Source of the DNA: an uncultured Candidatus Saccharibacteria bacterium
Lineage (GTDB): Bacteria > Patescibacteriota > Saccharimonadia > Saccharimonadales > CAYVSP01
Assembly: GCA_964625325.1 (NCBI GenBank)
Contig: CAZVBA010000003.1
Span: forward strand, 1-32,339
Reading direction: 5' to 3'
DNA length: 32,339 nt
Shown: positions 1-8,761 of the stretch, piece after piece
Position numbering within the stretch: the stretch's first letter is position 1
Layout of the letters: each line of letters opens with the position of its first letter
Program-made: the position numbers and the translations under genes
The notes under the pieces: generated by a model
Seen by the model: the letters and a program-made list of their open reading frames with translations, nothing else
Told to the model about the DNA's origin: nothing
Database searches by the model: none

Positions 1-2
1 AA

Positions 3-1184
3 ATGCTGGTGACGGCGTTGGCTTGGGACAGCTTTAAGGGCAAGTACGCCATTGGCCGCATCAGCCGCGGTGTTATCAAACCGGGCGACCAAGTTATTTT
101 ATGCAAAAAAGACGGTACACAAGCCAAGGCCAAAGTCGATAGCGTACTGATGAGCCATGGCTTATCAAAGTTTGAAGTCACCGAGGGTGTGGCCGGTGAC
201 ATCGTCCAACTGACCGGCATTAATCAAGCCCAAATAGGCGAAACCATCGCTGACGAAACCAGTCCGGAAGCCTTGCCGGTGCTGGAAGTCGAAGCGCCGA
301 CACTGAAAATCTACCTTGGCCCAAACACCTCGCCGTTCAAGGGCACAGAAGGCGAATTTACGACCAGTCGGCAGATTGGCGAGCGCCTGCAACGCGAACT
401 GGAAACCAACGTGGGGCTACGTGTGGCGGACGAGGGCATTGGCTTCAACGTCTCCGGCCGCGGTGAGTTGCACCTGAGCGTGCTGATAGAAACCATGCGC
501 CGCGAAGGCTATGAGTTTGAAGTCGGCCGCCCACAAGTCGTTACCAAAGAGGAGGACGGCAAGACGCTGGAGCCAGTTGAAGAACTTATCATCGAAGTGC
601 CGGCCGAACACGTTGGTGCTATCCAAATGGAACTGGGGACCCGTCGGGCCACCCTCAAAGAACAATTTGCCAGCCCCAAGGGCCTGACCAAATTGGTTTA
701 CGAGTTGCCAACTCGGGCATTGTTGGGCCTGCGCAGCATCTTGATGACCAGCACCAAGGGTACGGTAATTATGAATACGCTGATGATTGGCTACGCGCCG
801 CTGGGTGCAGCCTTGCAGCAACTGCGCAACGGCGTGATTGTGTCTTACGAAGCCGGTATCACCACACCGTATGCACTGGAAATGGCCGAAGCCCGCGGCA
901 TCGTCTTCGTCAACCCGGCCGACAAGGTCTACGCCGGCCAAATAGTCGGGCTGAATAAGCGTCAAGACGACATTGAAATGAACGTCTGCAAAGCCAAGCA
1001 CCTTACCAATATGCGCTCGAGCTCCAGCGACGGCGTGGTGCAGCTGACGCCGGCCACCATCTTCAGCCTGGAAGAGTGCCTGGACTTTATTGAAAACGAC
1101 GAATTGTTGGAAGTCACGCCCAAGTCGTTGCGCCTGCGCAAGCGCGAACTCGACCCCAACAAGCGCAAACGCTTCAATAAATAG
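3..1184 (+). CDS. typA: Translational GTPase TypA/BipA, 5' end lies outside the window
   Basis: Motifs VSGRGELHLSVLIETMRREGYE, EPVEEL, NVCKAKHLTNMRSS and ELLEVTPKSLRLRK of BipA domains II-V and C-terminal domain; the G domain is upstream of the window. Confidence 0.95.
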   Translation: MLVTALAWDSFKGKYAIGRISRGVIKPGDQVILCKKDGTQAKAKVDSVLMSHGLSKFEVTEGVAGDIVQLTGINQAQIGETIADETSPEALPVLEVEAPTLKIYLGPNTSPFKGTEGEFTTSRQIGERLQRELETNVGLRVADEGIGFNVSGRGELHLSVLIETMRREGYEFEVGRPQVVTKEEDGKTLEPVEELIIEVPAEHVGAIQMELGTRRATLKEQFASPKGLTKLVYELPTRALLGLRSILMTSTKGTVIMNTLMIGYAPLGAALQQLRNGVIVSYEAGITTPYALEMAEARGIVFVNPADKVYAGQIVGLNKRQDDIEMNVCKAKHLTNMRSSSSDGVVQLTPATIFSLEECLDFIENDELLEVTPKSLRLRKRELDPNKRKRFNK

Positions 1185-1244
1185 CCGAAGCTTTTTTGTT
1201 TGCTTATGCTTGCATACGTGGCTAACACATCTAGAATTAGACGC

Positions 1245-1886
1245 ATGACAACATTCTCGCCTGAGGAGGTTAAAGCTCGAAACCCTGGCGGTCTAAACTT
1301 TGCTGACGCATGGGGCCTAACCTGTGCCCAACTTGGGGAAACGGTAACTAAACTTCTTGAAGTTCGCCCGGATGTAAAATTCACCAGAGACGATTTGGTT
1401 GGTTATCACTTCGTACAGTACGGGATGGACACTGATATAACAAAAGAGGTAATCGAAGAAATAGAGGAGGCTCGCTGGTTCGACTGGGAGGGAGCAGAAG
1501 CACTTAGAAACGCTCTACCAAATGTTTTGGGTGATAGCACCACACAGGCACTAGCTTTCCGCATTAGATTGGGAGCGCCTCGGGATGTTGAACGTTTAGA
1601 ACGTGGTGGCGCTATCGACGATTACTTCGAAACCATCACCGAACCAGATCACCACAATGCCGATACAGTGAGCCTATATCCCAAAGCGGGAGTTGAGCTT
1701 ACCTACCGCGGTAGGGCGAGCTTACAGATTGGTTCAGTTATCATTAACAACACCATTCTGGATCTAACAACCTATAGCGATGTTTTAGACGTAATGGCAG
1801 ACGGAGGCTCTGTTGATCGTACGCTCGTGGCGTCATCCAGCACTAGAAGTTCAATTCAGGCCATAAGATCGCTCAGGTTGATGTAA
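1245..1886 (+). CDS. Hypothetical protein (~213 aa)
   Basis: Long ORF with no recognisable motif. Start moved from 1200 to ATG 1245 because TTGCAT-16-TAGAAT (1210-1237) lies just upstream. Confidence 0.6.
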   Translation: MTTFSPEEVKARNPGGLNFADAWGLTCAQLGETVTKLLEVRPDVKFTRDDLVGYHFVQYGMDTDITKEVIEEIEEARWFDWEGAEALRNALPNVLGDSTTQALAFRIRLGAPRDVERLERGGAIDDYFETITEPDHHNADTVSLYPKAGVELTYRGRASLQIGSVIINNTILDLTTYSDVLDVMADGGSVDRTLVASSSTRSSIQAIRSLRLM

Positions 1887-1913
1887 CTAGCCGGTTTGTT
1901 ATACTAGGGCGGC

Positions 1914-2621
1914 ATGAAAAAATTACTTACATTCTTTAGCACCTCGTTCATTAGTTTATTCTTGCTTACTAGCACCGTTCACGCCCAGGGGATTTATCAA
2001 GCCGGTACAGTTGGCAACGATGTCTCATGGCCAAACTGCAGTGCTCGGGCGCCTAAGACAGCCTTTGGCATTGTTGGCGTCACCGGTGGGCTGGGCTTCA
2101 GCCAAAATTCCTGTTTGAGCAAAGAAGCCGGTTGGTTTGGTAACAAATCTTTATACGTCAACACCGGCTACCCAGGTCAAAGTTACGGTCTGCGATACCA
2201 GAACAGTCCGCGGGCTTGCAGCAGCAGCGACCTAAATTGTCTAGCCTACAACTACGGCTACAACGCCGGCCTGTACGCCGCTGAGTATGCCTCATCGCAA
2301 GGCGTCACCTCCAACACCTGGTGGCTGGACGTTGAAACCGCCAACAGCTGGACTAGTGACTACCAACAGAACCGCAATAGCTTGCAGGGTGAGGCCGAAG
2401 CCTTAACCAGCCGTGGCGCCACGACCGTTGGCGTTTACAGTACGACGGCCCAGTGGGGCAGCATCACCAACGCCTGGCAAAACCATTTGCCCAACTGGGG
2501 CGCCACCACCTGGCAGACTGCCAAACAAGCCGCCAAATATTGTTCCGGCCATGACTTCACCGGCGGCGGTACCTGGCTGATCCAATACAAGGGATCGTTG
2601 GATCAGGACTACGCTTGTTAA
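1914..2621 (+). CDS. Secreted GH25/DUF1906-like glycoside hydrolase (putative muramidase)
   Basis: Signal peptide ending VHA-Q; GNDVSWPNC at the first strand and WWLDVE (DxE) motif, GVYST, C-terminal DQDYAC typical of GH25-like barrels. Confidence 0.65.
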   Translation: MKKLLTFFSTSFISLFLLTSTVHAQGIYQAGTVGNDVSWPNCSARAPKTAFGIVGVTGGLGFSQNSCLSKEAGWFGNKSLYVNTGYPGQSYGLRYQNSPRACSSSDLNCLAYNYGYNAGLYAAEYASSQGVTSNTWWLDVETANSWTSDYQQNRNSLQGEAEALTSRGATTVGVYSTTAQWGSITNAWQNHLPNWGATTWQTAKQAAKYCSGHDFTGGGTWLIQYKGSLDQDYAC

Positions 2622-2645
2622 TCGTTCGTTTGTTATGATTGGTGT

Positions 2646-2966
2646 ATGACGAGGTTTTATAAAGTCGAGGTCAGTGCCGATACTGAAAAGCAGGCAAATG
2701 ATATTCTCAATGCCCTGCTGGCCAAAAAATTAGTTACCGGCGGGCAGATTATCCACGCGCCGGCTCGTTTTTTATGGAAAGGCGCCATCAACGATATTGA
2801 CTACTACATGACCTGGTCATGGACGGTTGAGAAGCACAAAGAAGCTATCATCGATGAAGTACTCAAAGTGTCCGAAGAAGAGGTCCCGTCGGTAATATTC
2901 AGCTTGATTGATGGTAATGAAAAATTATTAGAATGGATTGAGGAGACGGTTGATGGCCACCTATGA
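2646..2966 (+). CDS. cutA: Divalent-cation tolerance protein CutA family
   Basis: 106 aa; A..I...LLAKKL, FLWKG, EVPSVI..IDGN...LEWIEE pattern of CutA1. Confidence 0.8.
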   Translation: MTRFYKVEVSADTEKQANDILNALLAKKLVTGGQIIHAPARFLWKGAINDIDYYMTWSWTVEKHKEAIIDEVLKVSEEEVPSVIFSLIDGNEKLLEWIEETVDGHL

Positions 2967-3285
2967 TGATTTCCAAAAGCTGGATGTGCGGGTCGGCAAG
3001 ATTATTGCGGTCGAGGATTTTCCAGAGGCGCATAACCCTTCATATAAATTGAAGATAGATTTTGGCGACGAGATTGGTATTAAAAAATCCTGTGCGCAGC
3101 TGCCCAAAAATTATTCCAAAGAAGAGTTGCATGACAAGCTGGTGCTGGCGGTGGTGAACTTCCCGCCGCGCCAGATCGGCCCAGCCGTATCAGAAGTATT
3201 GACACTAGGGGTGCCGGACGAGAATGGTGACTGCATTCTAATCGAACCGGAAAAAAATGTGCCGCTCGGCGGCAGATTGTACTAG
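2953..3285 (+). CDS. csaA: CsaA/Trbp111-type tRNA-binding OB-fold protein
   Basis: DFQKLDVRVGKI, YKLKIDFG, VVNFPPRQIG..SEVLTLG; ATG 2953 preceded by GGAGGAG. Confidence 0.88.
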   Translation: MATYDDFQKLDVRVGKIIAVEDFPEAHNPSYKLKIDFGDEIGIKKSCAQLPKNYSKEELHDKLVLAVVNFPPRQIGPAVSEVLTLGVPDENGDCILIEPEKNVPLGGRLY

Positions 3286-3533
3286 CTCAGGTCTTTTTTG
3301 AGAGCGCTGAATTCTTCTTTGCTGATTTCGCCTTTGGCGTAGCGGGTTTTGGCAATACTTAAAGCATCATTGCTTTTAGTATCGTTGTTTTTGGCGTATT
3401 TGTTGATTAACAACCACAGGCCGTAGACCACCACAGCCCAGAAGATAACCATCATCACCATAAAGATGACACCGACTACCGGGTGGGGCTGTTCGCGGCG
3501 GAAACTGCCGCCGTCATTGTAAAATGGTCGCAT
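3282..3533 (-). CDS. Small membrane protein with C-terminal SHOCT domain
   Basis: One hydrophobic helix then DALSIAKTRYAKGEISKEEF; AAGGAG SD upstream. Confidence 0.8.
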   Translation of the reverse strand: MRPFYNDGGSFRREQPHPVVGVIFMVMMVIFWAVVVYGLWLLINKYAKNNDTKSNDALSIAKTRYAKGEISKEEFSALKKDLS

Positions 3534-3571
3534 AACATTCTCCTTTATATTCTAAATTTTATAACAACCAC

Positions 3572-3588
3572 CTGAGAGCTAGCTTAGA
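3572..3588 (-). promoter_or_regulatory. Putative OmpR-family response-regulator box upstream of the SHOCT gene
   Basis: Minus strand reads TCTAAG-CTAGC-TCTCAG, 10 nt before TAAAAT. Confidence 0.55.
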
Positions 3589-3727
3589 AATAAGCCAGCT
3601 TACGGAGTTGGCGTTTGATGCGGCGAGCCATGGCCCGGTTGTAGGAGTTTTTATTGATATAAGCCTGCAGAATGTCATTGTCAGATGGCTCGAGGTATGG
3701 TGTTTTCTTTTTACGCTTGAATCTCAT
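3584..3727 (-). CDS. Small basic protein, 47 aa (not in ORF track)
   Basis: MRFKRKKKTPYLEPSDNDILQAYINKNSYNRAMARRIKRQLRKLAYF; AAGGAG 4 nt before ATG; candidate -10 TATGCT upstream. Confidence 0.55.
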   Translation of the reverse strand: MRFKRKKKTPYLEPSDNDILQAYINKNSYNRAMARRIKRQLRKLAYF

Positions 3728-3778
3728 GCTTCTCCTTTTGTCCTTTAGCGCGGACTGTCTCCAGCATATGACGGCAGG

Positions 3779-3795
3779 CTGAGGCGAAGCTTAAA
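3779..3795 (-). promoter_or_regulatory. Putative response-regulator box upstream of the 47-aa ORF
   Basis: Minus strand reads TTTAAG-CTTCG-CCTCAG, 10 nt before TATGCT. Confidence 0.45.
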
Positions 3796-3822
3796 CGCGA
3801 TAACTGAGGTAGCTAGATTAAT

Positions 3823-3856
3823 TCTCAGTTACTTCTCAGCTAAGAATCGCTACAAT
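3823..3856 (+). promoter_or_regulatory. Direct-repeat box plus -10 element of the response regulator gene
   Basis: TCTCAG-TTACT-TCTCAG (3823-3839), 11 nt before TACAAT (3851-3856), which is 6 nt before the ATG. Confidence 0.65.
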
Positions 3857-3862
3857 ACGACC

Positions 3863-4552
3863 ATGCGCATATTAGTTGTCGAGGACCAGCACAAGATTGC
3901 CAATGCCATCAGGCAGGGGCTGGAACAGCAGTCTTATGCTGTGGATGTGGCCTATGACGGCGACAAAGGGCTATCGATGGCCACCACCGAGCCGTATGAC
4001 CTCATCATCCTGGATCGGATGTTGCCGGGTACTACCGACGGCATCGATATCTTGCAATTGTTGCGCAAAGAGGGCAACCACACACCGGTGCTGCTGCTGA
4101 CCGCCAAGGACAAGGTGCTGGACCGAGCCTACGGGCTCAATGCCGGCGCGGATGACTACCTGGTCAAACCGTTCGCGTTTATCGAACTCATCGCCCGCGT
4201 ACGCGCGCTGCTGCGCCGGCCGCGCGAGGGCACTGATACTACTCTGGTCTACCACGATCTCAAGTTGGACCCGACCAAACTGCTGGCCGAACGCGCCCAT
4301 AAACCGTTGGTGCTGACGGCCAAGGAATTCGCCCTGCTGGAATACCTACTGCGTAATCCGGAGCGCATCGTGAGCAAGGACACCATCATCCAACACGTCT
4401 GGAACTATGACGCCGACGTGCTGCCTAACACGGTCGAGGTCTATGTCGGCTACCTACGTGCCAAGGTCGACAGGCCGTTCAAGGGACCGAGCCTCATACA
4501 TACCAAACGCGGTTTTGGGTATTATTTCGGAGTTAAAGCTAATGTTTCATAA
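3863..4552 (+). CDS. OmpR/PhoB-family response regulator
   Basis: MRILVVED, DLIILDRMLP, LLLTAKD, GADDYLVKPF receiver domain; LTAKEFALLEYL...VEVYVGYLRAK...RGFGY winged helix. Confidence 0.95.
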   Translation: MRILVVEDQHKIANAIRQGLEQQSYAVDVAYDGDKGLSMATTEPYDLIILDRMLPGTTDGIDILQLLRKEGNHTPVLLLTAKDKVLDRAYGLNAGADDYLVKPFAFIELIARVRALLRRPREGTDTTLVYHDLKLDPTKLLAERAHKPLVLTAKEFALLEYLLRNPERIVSKDTIIQHVWNYDADVLPNTVEVYVGYLRAKVDRPFKGPSLIHTKRGFGYYFGVKANVS

Positions 4553-5555
4553 GACTTCCATTAGGCTGACGGGGCTATACCTGACGGTGCTGATGGCTAT
4601 AAGCCTGTTCTTTAGCCTGAGTGTTTACCAGCTATCGACCCAAGAATTTGACCGCGGTTTTAGGCAGCAAGATATTATCATTCAGAATGGCCCAGGCTTC
4701 GGACTTGATCCAGATACCCGAAACCAATTGCTGCAAGAACAACAGGAGCGGTTTGACGAAGCAAAGTGGCGGGTGCTGCAGCGTCTGCTTATCATTAATC
4801 TTTTCATTCTGATTGGCGGCGGCTTTTTGAGTTATTACCTAGCGCGGCGCACACTGGCGCCGATTGAAGAAAGTCATCAAGCGCTTGAGCGATTTACGGC
4901 CGACGCCAGCCACGAACTGCGCACACCATTGTCGGCCATGCGCACCGAAACCGAAGTGGCGTTGATGAACCCCAAACTGACGCTGGCTGAATCTAAACAA
5001 AAACTGCAGAGCAACCTGGAAGAAGTCCTGAAACTGACTACCCTCTCAGACGGCCTGCTGCGCCTGGCGCGGCTGGAAAATGACGGCATCACGCATGACA
5101 TTGTGGCGGTAAAGACACTGGTGTCACGCGCGGTTAATCAACTCAAACCATTGGCCGCACAGAAAGACATCTCGTTGGAAACGCAGCTGGACAAAGGTCT
5201 GCAAGTCAGCGGTGAGGCCGCCAGCCTGATTGAAGCGCTGGTCATCATCTTGGACAACGCTGTCAAATACAGCCAACCGCACTCACCGGTGCGGGTAACG
5301 GCACAGGCCACTGAGGGGCAGGTCGAAATCGCTATCGTCGACCAGGGCATCGGCATCAAACCCAGCGAACTGAAACGAATCTTTGAACGCTTTTACCGGG
5401 CTGATGCCGCCCGCAGTAAACAGGAGGCCGACGGCTATGGCTTGGGCCTGGCGATTGCTCGTGACATCATACAGTTGCATAATGGCAGCATCGCTGTGGA
5501 AAGCACACCGGCCAAAGGCTCGACGTTTACCATCCGTCTGCCGATTAATGGTTAG
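4542..5555 (+). CDS. Sensor histidine kinase (2 TM, HisKA, HATPase_c)
   Basis: FTADASHELRTPL H-box, LDNAVKYS, DQGIGI, FERFYR, GYGLGLAI; ATG 4542 overlaps the regulator's 3' end. Confidence 0.93.
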   Translation: MFHKTSIRLTGLYLTVLMAISLFFSLSVYQLSTQEFDRGFRQQDIIIQNGPGFGLDPDTRNQLLQEQQERFDEAKWRVLQRLLIINLFILIGGGFLSYYLARRTLAPIEESHQALERFTADASHELRTPLSAMRTETEVALMNPKLTLAESKQKLQSNLEEVLKLTTLSDGLLRLARLENDGITHDIVAVKTLVSRAVNQLKPLAAQKDISLETQLDKGLQVSGEAASLIEALVIILDNAVKYSQPHSPVRVTAQATEGQVEIAIVDQGIGIKPSELKRIFERFYRADAARSKQEADGYGLGLAIARDIIQLHNGSIAVESTPAKGSTFTIRLPING

Positions 5556-5601
5556 TCGTAGTTAATATAATGTACAATATAAAAGCTAATTAGGAGGTTT
5601 T

Positions 5602-6021
5602 ATGAATAAGGGAATTGTCGTGCTTATTATCGTTATCGTCTTGGCCGCCGCCGGCGGTGTCTGGGCGCTCACCAAAAAATCCAGCAGCCCGACCACGTCA
5701 ACTACGACACCAACCGCCAGCAGCTCAACCAACACGGCCAGCCCGGCACAGTCCGCCAACACCATTACATACACCGACAATGGCTTTAGTCCGGCCACTC
5801 TGACGGTCAAAGCTGGCACTACGGTGACCATTAAGAATGCTTCTTCCAGCGTGTTGCAGTTTGATTCTAACCCCCACCCAGTCCACACCGATGACCCTGA
5901 ACTGAATGTCGGCGTAATTGCCCCCGGCCAAAGCAAGACAGTAACCGTCACGACCACCGGCACACATGGCTACCACAATCACAACAATACCAGTGACACC
6001 GGTACACTCATCGTTCAATAG
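5602..6021 (+). CDS. Membrane-anchored cupredoxin-fold protein
   Basis: N-terminal TM, Ser/Thr linker, GFSPATLTVKAGTTVT..N, G.HGYHNH...GTLIVQ; AGGAGG SD. Confidence 0.8.
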   Translation: MNKGIVVLIIVIVLAAAGGVWALTKKSSSPTTSTTTPTASSSTNTASPAQSANTITYTDNGFSPATLTVKAGTTVTIKNASSSVLQFDSNPHPVHTDDPELNVGVIAPGQSKTVTVTTTGTHGYHNHNNTSDTGTLIVQ

Positions 6022-6109
6022 TAGTCTTGTTAGATAACTTATAGCTGGTACACCGGCAGTCTGTCAGACTGCCTACGGCCAGTGGTGAGAGGCTGGCGAG
6101 GAGGTGTGT

Positions 6110-6232
6110 ATGTATAACAAAAGCCGGGACCATGTTGAGGTTTTGGATTTCATCCATGACGTTAAACCACGGCGGTCCGATAAGGTACGGCGATTGCCGT
6201 CGCAAGCCGACGAAGCAGCCGATACGGAGTAG
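6110..6232 (+). CDS. Putative small protein, 40 aa (not in ORF track)
   Basis: MYNKSRDHVEVLDFIHDVKPRRSDKVRRLPSQADEAADTE; AGGAGG at 6099-6104, 5 nt before ATG; fills the intergenic gap. Confidence 0.45.
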   Translation: MYNKSRDHVEVLDFIHDVKPRRSDKVRRLPSQADEAADTE

Positions 6233-6240
6233 CTATACTT

Positions 6241-7941
6241 TTACTGACGATGGTGGCGCACGCCCATGGCACGCCGGAGGGCGTTTAAGGTACGCGTAAA
6301 GCCGCCAAGACCGCCGCGATAGACGATGTAACGGCTGCGCCAGGCAGGTTCGTACTTGGCCTTAAAGCGGCGCAAACCCTTAAAAGAATAAAACCGGCTG
6401 CCGTTGGCGTAAACAAAGCGCAGGACGCTGTCAACAGCGCCACCGCCAGTTTGTTCATCGGCCTGCAAACCGGATAGTGGACAGAGACCCAGATTGAGGC
6501 GCTTAAAGCCTTGGCTGTGCAAATGATTAATAAGATTGATGAGCAAAAAGTCATTGATATTGCCGGCGCTGCCGCGGCTGTGCCTCAACAGGTCAAAGTT
6601 AGCCTCTTCACGGTCGACGACAGGCAGCAAGTTGATGAAGGCTTGCATGGTCTTGGCCTCGTCGCGGACCACCATGACCTCGCACTGCTGCATGTAATCG
6701 GCCGAGTAATAACCCATCATGAAACCGCGCTCGGTGCGGCCTGGGACTTGCAGCCAATCGTCGGATATCTCTTTTAAGCGACGCAGCGTGGCCGGGCTAT
6801 GTGGTGGCGACAAGACTTCACAGCTGTAGTGCTCGCTGTCAAACTTGCGGGTAATATGCCGGAAATACTTGGTTGGCTTGACGTGACTGATGAAATTAGC
6901 AATATCGACGACAGCTTCTTCGCCGATCTTTTGGGCTTCAAAGTCAAAGCGTTCATAGAGTGCTGAATGGTTGGGCAGGGTATGGATGAAGGCCGGCTCC
7001 CAGTCATTGATGTAACAAAACTCCACAAAATCTTTTAGTAGGCCGTCCAGCGCTGTTGCCGGTCCGACCGGACTGGCAACGCTTAGGGCCACGCCACCGG
7101 CGACCCGATAGGCCAGGCCAGCGCTGCGCTCGCTATTGAAAAAGTAGGCTTTATCGTGCGGCCACTGCTTAAAGAAATCTTCGCTGCTGTCAGGGTGCTC
7201 TTTAATTAAACGGGCCATGTCCTGGTAATCGCGTTCCTGGCGTATAAGGCGGAAACGAATCGGATTGAAGAATGATATGGCCACATAAAACAGCGAGCCT
7301 AAGCTAATTACGGCTAAGGAATCTAAAAACAATGTTGCTCGCCTGGTATAAGGGGTGGCGGGCTGGTTAGTAGTCAAGCCGAACTGGTCAACCACGTAGT
7401 GGGCGCTGGCAGGCACGGATATTTCCTGGTGAAAGTCCCGGTTATCCATCAATTGGAAGCCAGCTATCCCGTATAAAAAGGCCACTGCCAAAACCAAGAG
7501 GGCCCGGCGCAAGGCTAGACCTGAGTTGCGCACCTCGCTTCTAACCGTAAAAACGTTGCGATACAAAATCAAGCCACTTAAGGCAGCCAGGGGCACGAGC
7601 AGATTGAGTAGCAGCGGCAACGGATGAAAGTGAGCGGTCGGCAGATCAAAAATGTAGTGCCTAAAATTACGGACCACGATATAGCCATAGATTGGTAAGG
7701 CAACATACCAGGCCGAGCGCTTACCACGGCGCAGCAAGGTGGCCAGGTAAATGAACGTCAGGCCGGTCAGCAATGTAACATGGGCATCGGCGGTGACCAG
7801 CAGCCCGCCGCGCCGCCGTAGCTCGGCAAATAGCACACTAACAACGGTTAATACGCCAGACAGAAACACACTGGCGGCGATAATACGCAGCGGCCATTGA
7901 GCCTGTGGCTGACGGTAATGTGCGGTTGTTCTTAGCCTCAT
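6241..7941 (-). CDS. MprF/LysX-like aminoacyl-phosphatidylglycerol synthase (DUF2156 / LPG_synthase_C), short membrane domain
   Basis: About 6 TM helices, then DKAYFF, KIGEEAVVD, ERGFMMG, DLLRH, LNLGLCPLSG, FYSFKGLRRFKAKYEPAWRSRY. Confidence 0.88.
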   Translation of the reverse strand: MRLRTTAHYRQPQAQWPLRIIAASVFLSGVLTVVSVLFAELRRRGGLLVTADAHVTLLTGLTFIYLATLLRRGKRSAWYVALPIYGYIVVRNFRHYIFDLPTAHFHPLPLLLNLLVPLAALSGLILYRNVFTVRSEVRNSGLALRRALLVLAVAFLYGIAGFQLMDNRDFHQEISVPASAHYVVDQFGLTTNQPATPYTRRATLFLDSLAVISLGSLFYVAISFFNPIRFRLIRQERDYQDMARLIKEHPDSSEDFFKQWPHDKAYFFNSERSAGLAYRVAGGVALSVASPVGPATALDGLLKDFVEFCYINDWEPAFIHTLPNHSALYERFDFEAQKIGEEAVVDIANFISHVKPTKYFRHITRKFDSEHYSCEVLSPPHSPATLRRLKEISDDWLQVPGRTERGFMMGYYSADYMQQCEVMVVRDEAKTMQAFINLLPVVDREEANFDLLRHSRGSAGNINDFLLINLINHLHSQGFKRLNLGLCPLSGLQADEQTGGGAVDSVLRFVYANGSRFYSFKGLRRFKAKYEPAWRSRYIVYRGGLGGFTRTLNALRRAMGVRHHRQ

Positions 7942-7966
7942 AAGACGTTGGTGCTATTATACAGTC

Positions 7967-8704
7967 GTGAAAGCTAAAGCACGACAACTTGTCGCCTCAC
8001 CGCGGACCATCTTTGCTATCCTGCTGACGGCGACCTTGACGTTCAATAACTGGGTCCTGGCGCTGCTGCTGAACCGACCACTGTTCCTGCATGGCGGCGC
8101 TGTTAGTGAACTGAGTGCCTTCGGCCAACCCTCGGCCGTGGTCTTCCGCAGCCTGGATATAATTTCCGGCCTGTTGTTCATCACCGCTGCGGCGCTACTG
8201 CTGCAATACCAGCAACTGCACGGCCTCAAGACTTACTACGTCCTGATAGTTCTGACTGCCATCTTCGGCATCGCCAATACGGTCGACGCTATGATTCCGC
8301 TGCGCTGTTCGGTGACGCTGGCAATGGCCTGCGAAACACCGATACATATCGGGCTGAGACACCTTACCATACCCAGCCACGGCTATAGCAGCCTGATTAT
8401 TGCCGTCTGCTATCTGGCTTTGCCGTTGGTAGGGTATCTCTTTGCCCACCATGCCAAACTGCTGGCGTTTAAGACTATCAGCTTGGCCCTTTTGGCCATC
8501 GCCATCGTATCCATGGTCGCCGTGGCCGCGGAGTTTTTGGTTGTGCATACGGTCAGCGAACGAGCCTGGGGGCCGAGCCAAGAACTGCAAATGATTGCCT
8601 TCAGTCTCTGGTTCATTGCCTGGTACGCCGCCATCCTGCCGGTGGATACCCGGTTATCTCTTCGTCAACGGGCTACAGTCGCCGCTCCAGTGCAGAGTGT
8701 CTGA
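7967..8704 (+). CDS. Polytopic membrane protein, DUF998-like
   Basis: About 6 TM helices; VSELSAFGQP...FRSLD, D...PLRC and HGYSS motifs recalled from DUF998. Confidence 0.65.
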   Translation: MKAKARQLVASPRTIFAILLTATLTFNNWVLALLLNRPLFLHGGAVSELSAFGQPSAVVFRSLDIISGLLFITAAALLLQYQQLHGLKTYYVLIVLTAIFGIANTVDAMIPLRCSVTLAMACETPIHIGLRHLTIPSHGYSSLIIAVCYLALPLVGYLFAHHAKLLAFKTISLALLAIAIVSMVAVAAEFLVVHTVSERAWGPSQELQMIAFSLWFIAWYAAILPVDTRLSLRQRATVAAPVQSV

Positions 8705-8723
8705 TAGAAAACCACCATCAGAC

Positions 8724-8752
8724 TTGACGCCTCTAGACGGGTGGCCTAGGCT
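8724..8752 (+). promoter_or_regulatory. Sigma70-type promoter of the trehalase gene
   Basis: TTGACG-17 nt-TAGGCT, 9 nt before ATG 8762. Confidence 0.5.
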
Positions 8753-8761
8753 GAAACGTAT

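Noticed and set aside
1180-1202. Intrinsic terminator after typA (AGC-CGAA-GCT then T run)
   Set aside because: Stem is only about 3 bp; too weak to call.
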